Source: an uncultured Gammaproteobacteria bacterium
GTDB lineage: Bacteria > Patescibacteriota > Microgenomatia > Levybacterales > UBA12049
DNA: 64,000 bases
NCBI GenBank assembly: GCA_964603935.1
Contig: CAZRWL010000002.1
Coordinates: 9,210-73,209, forward strand
Direction: 5' to 3'
A program made the translations under genes and the position numbers. The notes beneath the pieces were generated by a model. It did no database searches and was not told where the DNA came from. It was given only the letters and a program-made list of their open reading frames with translations. Shown piece after piece: positions 59,579 through 64,000 of this stretch; the stretch's first letter is position 1; every line of letters starts with the position of its first letter.

Positions 59579-61513
59579 TCAAAGCTTGATTTTTGTTTCC
59601 TTATCCGTTAAAAGCTTGAAATTGTCAACCTTGTTACTATTAACTTCTGTCGTATATTCATTCCCTGCAGTTCCTGGCTGTTTTTGAATAAGAAGAGGAA
59701 GATTGCCATCTTTAAGCTTAAATGGTAAAGTGTAAGAAACTGACAAAACTGCAGATCCCTTTGGTCTGACTGTTAAAAAACCTTCGAAAACTGTTTTTCC
59801 CAGCTCATCATACGAAATCATTTTCACTTCCGAACCCTTACTATTTATCAATTTACTTCCTAATGGCACATATATCCTAAACCAATCTCTCAAAACCGCG
59901 TTTATACAAAGGTTTCCGCGCTCCAGATTGCAATCAGACGGAGCGTGCGGATTTTTGTAATTCACGGTAATTTTTTTGGTTATGGTTTTGTCTGAAGACA
60001 CTTCGTAATTTTGATTCACAGCTTCCTGCACAAATAAATTGGATTTTGCTCCTCCAAAATTTGCCTGATTAATATGCAAATAATCCCCTTCAAATGACCT
60101 TATTCTGCCTGCGGCATTCAGCGCCTCTATTCCGCCTTGGGCATCTTTATCGTAAATGTAGAACATAACGTGCTTCTGCTGTACTTGGGTCAGCATGTCC
60201 TGAAATAAAGGCCCCCAGTATAGTTTGGGCGATGACCTCAAGGCTTTATCCATAATAGCATACAAAAGTGTTCCGATAAGATCTTTTCTCTGGGCTTGAA
60301 CGGCAGCAAGCGTAGTTACCTTCAGATCGACACTTTTGGGCGTTGAGATAAGACGCTCCAACTCGTAAATAACTTGAGGACAATCACAGCGCGGATCGGT
60401 TTTGCTTGTAAATTTCACTCCTCCGGCATACACTTCATCATCCAGAATTTTAATTGTCGAAACCAAAACATTCGTATCCAAAGCAATAATTCCGTCTACA
60501 TTTGTAAAACCCGACGCTTTTTTATAAAGATCATTAAACGCTTCCATGGAAGTTATGAAATCAGGAGAAAGATTTGAGTCTCTTAAATGCAAAACAGGAA
60601 CATTTGGCAGGTATTTCAGAATTGGCGCAGGCGCCTTAGACTTACCAAAAATACCATTGTCCAACGCATAGATATCGCCTGAGCTATCTACATGAATAAT
60701 TCCCTTTTCTATCCTAAAAACAGCGTACGCTGTTATAAAACCGCCTGTCGGACGAAGCTCCTTATCGTTTTGAAACAGCACCATGTATTTCCTGTCTTTA
60801 GGGTCGCCCAAAAGTGAAGGCAAAATTTTAATAAGAGGTCTTGCGTCGTTAACGAATGTAACACCTTCATCCACCAAAGTTCTTGCCTGAAGCAATCCTT
60901 TCTTAATTTTTGCAAAAGGATAATGACTTGGATTGACAGCATCTATTTCACGTCTTGCGCCTTCCATTTGCACGGCAATATCATCAATATGGGGAGTAAT
61001 TTTACCCATGGTTGTAACTGCTGTTTGTATGCGCTGCGAAGCTGTACCCATAACAAAACTTCCCTTTTTTCCCTTAAGCCCCAAAACATCCGCATAAGGC
61101 TCTATGGAATCAATTAAAACTCTTGCAGCAGAAATTCCATAAAATCCTGCTTTTGTTAAATGCTGTACGTCGCCATAGTAAATATTTGCAATTGGAACAA
61201 ACTTAAGATAACCCATTGCGTCCAGGCTTTTTTGAGTTCTAGTCAAGGTTTCCTTAGTTTTATCAAGCTCTATAGATGCCAATTCAATATTCTGTTTTTT
61301 TAAGGCATCTACTGTTATCTTGACCTGTGCAAAAGTGGCTTTGGCATCGGAATAGGCTTTTTGCACCGGAGACACAAGAATTAAGCCAAAGCCAAGCATT
61401 GCGAACACCAGAACCGCAAGGGTAATTAATGTTTTTTTGGGAAGAACCCTGTCTTTTTTCCCGGAAGAAGACGAAGTCTTATTGTCTAAATCGATTTTAC
61501 TAAAACCTTCCAT
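59579..61513 (-). CDS. DUF4012 domain membrane-anchored protein
   Basis: YMVLFQNDKELRPTGGF, RDSNLSPDF, KSN, QKQPG motifs. Confidence 0.85.
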   Translation of the reverse strand: MEGFSKIDLDNKTSSSSGKKDRVLPKKTLITLAVLVFAMLGFGLILVSPVQKAYSDAKATFAQVKITVDALKKQNIELASIELDKTKETLTRTQKSLDAMGYLKFVPIANIYYGDVQHLTKAGFYGISAARVLIDSIEPYADVLGLKGKKGSFVMGTASQRIQTAVTTMGKITPHIDDIAVQMEGARREIDAVNPSHYPFAKIKKGLLQARTLVDEGVTFVNDARPLIKILPSLLGDPKDRKYMVLFQNDKELRPTGGFITAYAVFRIEKGIIHVDSSGDIYALDNGIFGKSKAPAPILKYLPNVPVLHLRDSNLSPDFITSMEAFNDLYKKASGFTNVDGIIALDTNVLVSTIKILDDEVYAGGVKFTSKTDPRCDCPQVIYELERLISTPKSVDLKVTTLAAVQAQRKDLIGTLLYAIMDKALRSSPKLYWGPLFQDMLTQVQQKHVMFYIYDKDAQGGIEALNAAGRIRSFEGDYLHINQANFGGAKSNLFVQEAVNQNYEVSSDKTITKKITVNYKNPHAPSDCNLERGNLCINAVLRDWFRIYVPLGSKLINSKGSEVKMISYDELGKTVFEGFLTVRPKGSAVLSVSYTLPFKLKDGNLPLLIQKQPGTAGNEYTTEVNSNKVDNFKLLTDKETKIKL

Positions 61514-61552
61514 CTATTTATCATAAGCAAAAAGTCTAACCCATGTCAAATA

Positions 61553-62227
61553 CTACAATGCGCCTTTGCCCGTGATCATGGCCCAGGGAGTTTTGGCAAT
61601 AATCCAAAGATCGTACAGTATTGATCTTTTTTTAACATAGGACGCATCCATTTGAATGCGTTTGTCAAAATTAATTTCAGATCTGCCTGAAACTTGCCAA
61701 AATCCCGTAACCCCCGGCTTTATAGAAAGCACAATTTTCACAGAGTCTATTGTATGGGGATATTTTTTCTGTTGGTTTTTAAGCTCATCCGGATAATAAG
61801 CTCTGGGACCAACCAAACTCATTTCTCCTTTCAAAATATTTACAGCTTGGGGAATTTCATCCAAAGAATGCTTGCGTATGAAACGGCCAACTATGGTAAT
61901 GCGCGGGTCATTCTTAAGCTTGTAGCTCCCCTTCTTGTAAACGTCATAAAGCATTGAATATTCTGGGCTTTCGCGCAGCATTTCATGGGCATTTTCAACC
62001 ATGGATCTAAATTTATACATTTTGAAGAGTTTGCCGTTTTTACCAACTCGTCTTGGTGTGTCCGCCAAAATAGGGCCTCTGGAGTTAAGCTTTATCGCCA
62101 CTACTATAATTAGAATAACCGGAGAAAAAAAAGTAAGTATCAGAATGGAAAAAATTATATCCATTGCTCTTTTTACAAATCTGTAATAAAGACTTTTTTT
62201 TATCTCTGTAACTTCTGTGTCAAACAT
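61553..62227 (-). CDS. Bacterial sugar transferase (priming polyprenyl-P phosphoglycosyltransferase)
   Basis: KRAMDI, KFRSM, DPRIT, SLDEIPQ, GEMSLVGPR, PGVTGFWQVSGR. Confidence 0.92.
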   Translation of the reverse strand: MFDTEVTEIKKSLYYRFVKRAMDIIFSILILTFFSPVILIIVVAIKLNSRGPILADTPRRVGKNGKLFKMYKFRSMVENAHEMLRESPEYSMLYDVYKKGSYKLKNDPRITIVGRFIRKHSLDEIPQAVNILKGEMSLVGPRAYYPDELKNQQKKYPHTIDSVKIVLSIKPGVTGFWQVSGRSEINFDKRIQMDASYVKKRSILYDLWIIAKTPWAMITGKGAL

Positions 62228-62230
62228 ACA

Positions 62231-63292
62231 TTACGTAAGGTGTTCGTGCGGAGTCCCTTCCAACTTCTCAACAAGTTTTTTTATTTTAGGAACGGAGTTT
62301 TTATTGCAAACCAAAAGTACGTCGTCCGTATTTATCACAAGCATTTTTTCAAGATCAATTCCCACAACCAACTGATCCGTATAATTGAAAACAAGATTAT
62401 CGGACGAATCATTAACAAGAACTTTTCCTTTTGTAACATTTTCATCCGACTCCCTCTCCAATGCTTCTTTCAACGCTTCCCAGGCTCCCACATCGCTCCA
62501 TCCCAAATCTGCTGCAATAACAGATACATGTTTTGCGTCTATTTTTTCCAGAATCGCATTATCAAAGCTTATTTTTTCAAGCGCCGGATATACTGTCTCC
62601 AAAGTTTTCTCATCTTTTATTTTCATTATTCCTTTGTGTAAATCCGGAGCGAATTTTTCAAACTGAGACAATATAAATTTTGGAGTCGTAACAAAATACC
62701 CGGGATTCCAGGCGAAATTATCTGTTTTCAGAAATTGCTCTGCCTGCTCAAGCGTAGGCCGATAAATTAATTTTTTGAATTCAAAAAATCTTGTACCTCT
62801 TACCTCGCCCACCTCCCGGCCAAATTCTATCCAACCCAAGTTTTGATTGGCAAAGCGGGCGCGCTGACCAATAAGAATAAGAGAATTGTTGTTTTTCTTA
62901 ACTAAATCCTCTGCGAAATGCAAAACCTCCCTGAATCTTCTTTCTTTTTTAACGAAATGGTCGCTCCATAAAATCGCAACAGGAGAATTCGGATGATCTT
63001 TTCCTACGATAGACATCGCCATACCAACAGCGGGACCCACATCTCTTACAGCCGGTTCAAAAATAAAGTTTTTGGCTGGAATTTTTGGGAGCTGCCGCTT
63101 AACAACTTCCTCGTATTTTTTCCCTGTTGCGATATATATATCTTCAGACGCAAAATCAGGATTGAGCCTATCCACCGCTAACTGCAACGTAGATTTATCG
63201 CCCAAAATCTTCCCGAACTGTTTAGGACTATTTTTCCGAGATAAAGGCCAAAGTCTTGTTCCCACTCCCCCTGCAAAAATAACAATCTTCAT
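62231..63292 (-). CDS. manC: Mannose-1-phosphate guanylyltransferase
   Basis: AGGVGTRLWPLSR..PKQF, SDH, ISFDNAILEK, WSDVGAW. Confidence 0.88.
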   Translation of the reverse strand: MKIVIFAGGVGTRLWPLSRKNSPKQFGKILGDKSTLQLAVDRLNPDFASEDIYIATGKKYEEVVKRQLPKIPAKNFIFEPAVRDVGPAVGMAMSIVGKDHPNSPVAILWSDHFVKKERRFREVLHFAEDLVKKNNNSLILIGQRARFANQNLGWIEFGREVGEVRGTRFFEFKKLIYRPTLEQAEQFLKTDNFAWNPGYFVTTPKFILSQFEKFAPDLHKGIMKIKDEKTLETVYPALEKISFDNAILEKIDAKHVSVIAADLGWSDVGAWEALKEALERESDENVTKGKVLVNDSSDNLVFNYTDQLVVGIDLEKMLVINTDDVLLVCNKNSVPKIKKLVEKLEGTPHEHLT

Positions 63293-63999
63293 AAATTTTT
63301 TCTCTCCTCGGTGTCATTCTGAACTTGTTTCAGAATCTCGTTCCTAAACTTTTCAAATCTAAATCTTTGCGTATTCTCAATACAATCTTTTGCGCCAAAT
63401 TTCATATGCTTAAATTGCCTTACTGCTTTTTCCAAACTTTCAATGGTTTGTTTGTCGAAAAAAAGTCCTGTTTTCCCATCAATAATTGTCTCCAACGCTC
63501 CTCCGCTCCGGAAAGCAATGACCGGCTTGCCAAAGCTTTGGGCTTCCAAAATTGTTAAGCCAAAATCTTCAATGCCTGGAAAAATTAAAGCGCGACATTC
63601 ACTATAATACCTTACCAGCTCGCGGTCAGTCAAGCTGCCCAAAAACTCAATATTATTTTTCGCCATATTTTTCAACCTTCTCATTTCTGAACCAACGCCT
63701 ACAATTTTTAATAAAAAATCAAGTTTGTTAAAAACTTTTATTGCCAAATCTATTTTCTTGTAAGGCACCAAACGCGATACTATAAGAAAATAGCGAGGCA
63801 ATCCGTTTTCAGATGAACTAAAATTCGGCAGGTTTCCTGATTGGAGCCGAATTTTACTTAGCGAGGCAGAATTTAATGATTGGTTTTGAGGATTTTGCAG
63901 CCGAGCGTCATCTGAAACGCGTGGTTGCCGAGCAAATTTGCCAAACTCTAATGGCGGATAAACTACTTCCGATTCTCTTCCGTAATATTTGCTAATTCG
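63289..63999 (-). CDS. GT4 glycosyltransferase (WbaZ-like; 5'-partial)
   Basis: Frame open to the window end: RISKYYGRESEVVYPP...YFLIVSRLVPYK...EDFGLTILEAQSFGKPV. Confidence 0.88.
   Translation of the reverse strand, partial: RISKYYGRESEVVYPPLEFGKFARQPRVSDDARLQNPQNQSLNSASLSKIRLQSGNLPNFSSSENGLPRYFLIVSRLVPYKKIDLAIKVFNKLDFLLKIVGVGSEMRRLKNMAKNNIEFLGSLTDRELVRYYSECRALIFPGIEDFGLTILEAQSFGKPVIAFRSGGALETIIDGKTGLFFDKQTIESLEKAVRQFKHMKFGAKDCIENTQRFRFEKFRNEILKQVQNDTEERKNL
63312..63339. repeat. Short palindromic REP-like element within the GT4 C-terminus
   Basis: TGTC-ATTCTGAA-CTTGT-TTCAGAAT-CTC; encodes EILKQVQND on the coding strand. Confidence 0.7.
63791..63933. repeat. ~143-bp branched palindromic element inserted in frame in GT4
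   Basis: Outer stem TTTCAGATGA/TCATCTGAAA, inner perfect 11-bp stem TAAAATTCGGC/GCCGAATTTTA, duplicated TAGCGAGGCA and GCCGAGC motifs. Confidence 0.75.
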
Positions 64000-64000
64000 A

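Noticed and set aside
835-63558. Many 60-200 aa ORFs antisense to or nested in long genes (e.g. 835-1143, 13375-13896, 25571-26011, 40577-41179)
   Set aside because: Shadow ORFs of well-supported genes, with no motifs of their own.
1-64000. CRISPR array, cas genes, rRNA, prophage or integrase genes
   Set aside because: I saw no regularly spaced repeat-spacer array and no ORF with such motifs.

Overview
AT-rich bacterial chromosomal window, genetic code 11. The gene content (compact dcw cluster, alpha2-type GlyRS, type-2 IleRS, DUF4012, many GT-C membrane glycosyltransferases, RAYT-like Y1 transposases) most resembles Patescibacteria/CPR, probably Microgenomates; this taxonomy is an inference. 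Layout: 1-24.7 kb is a surface-glycan locus (O-antigen-ligase-like gene, about seven GT-C/YfhO-type genes, GT2/GT4s, Wzx flippase, four SAM methyltransferases) ending at tRNA-Val(CAC). 24.8-30.8 kb is housekeeping (lepB, parB, rpmA, rplU, rodA, ileS). 30.8-37.1 kb is an accessory island (large Ig-repeat surface protein, GT-C, a DUF3467-like/degenerate MNT-like/HEPN three-gene operon, and an NYN RNase preceded by a promoter-hairpin-U-tract unit). 37.2-54.0 kb is a dcw cluster that also carries murA, a glmU-HAD fusion and glmS, and has a frameshifted ftsI. 55-59.6 kb holds glyS and recO separated by two RAYT-like genes with REP-like hairpins. 59.6-64 kb starts another glycan locus. The most notable signals are the tripartite HEPN module next to NYN, two different palindromic elements inserted in frame in one GT4 gene, 7-bp-period microrepeats in many housekeeping CDSs, a RAYT flanked by 40-bp inverted repeats that truncates a second RAYT, and widespread leaderless-type promoters. 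All family calls come from motif recognition by eye; no database searches were run.
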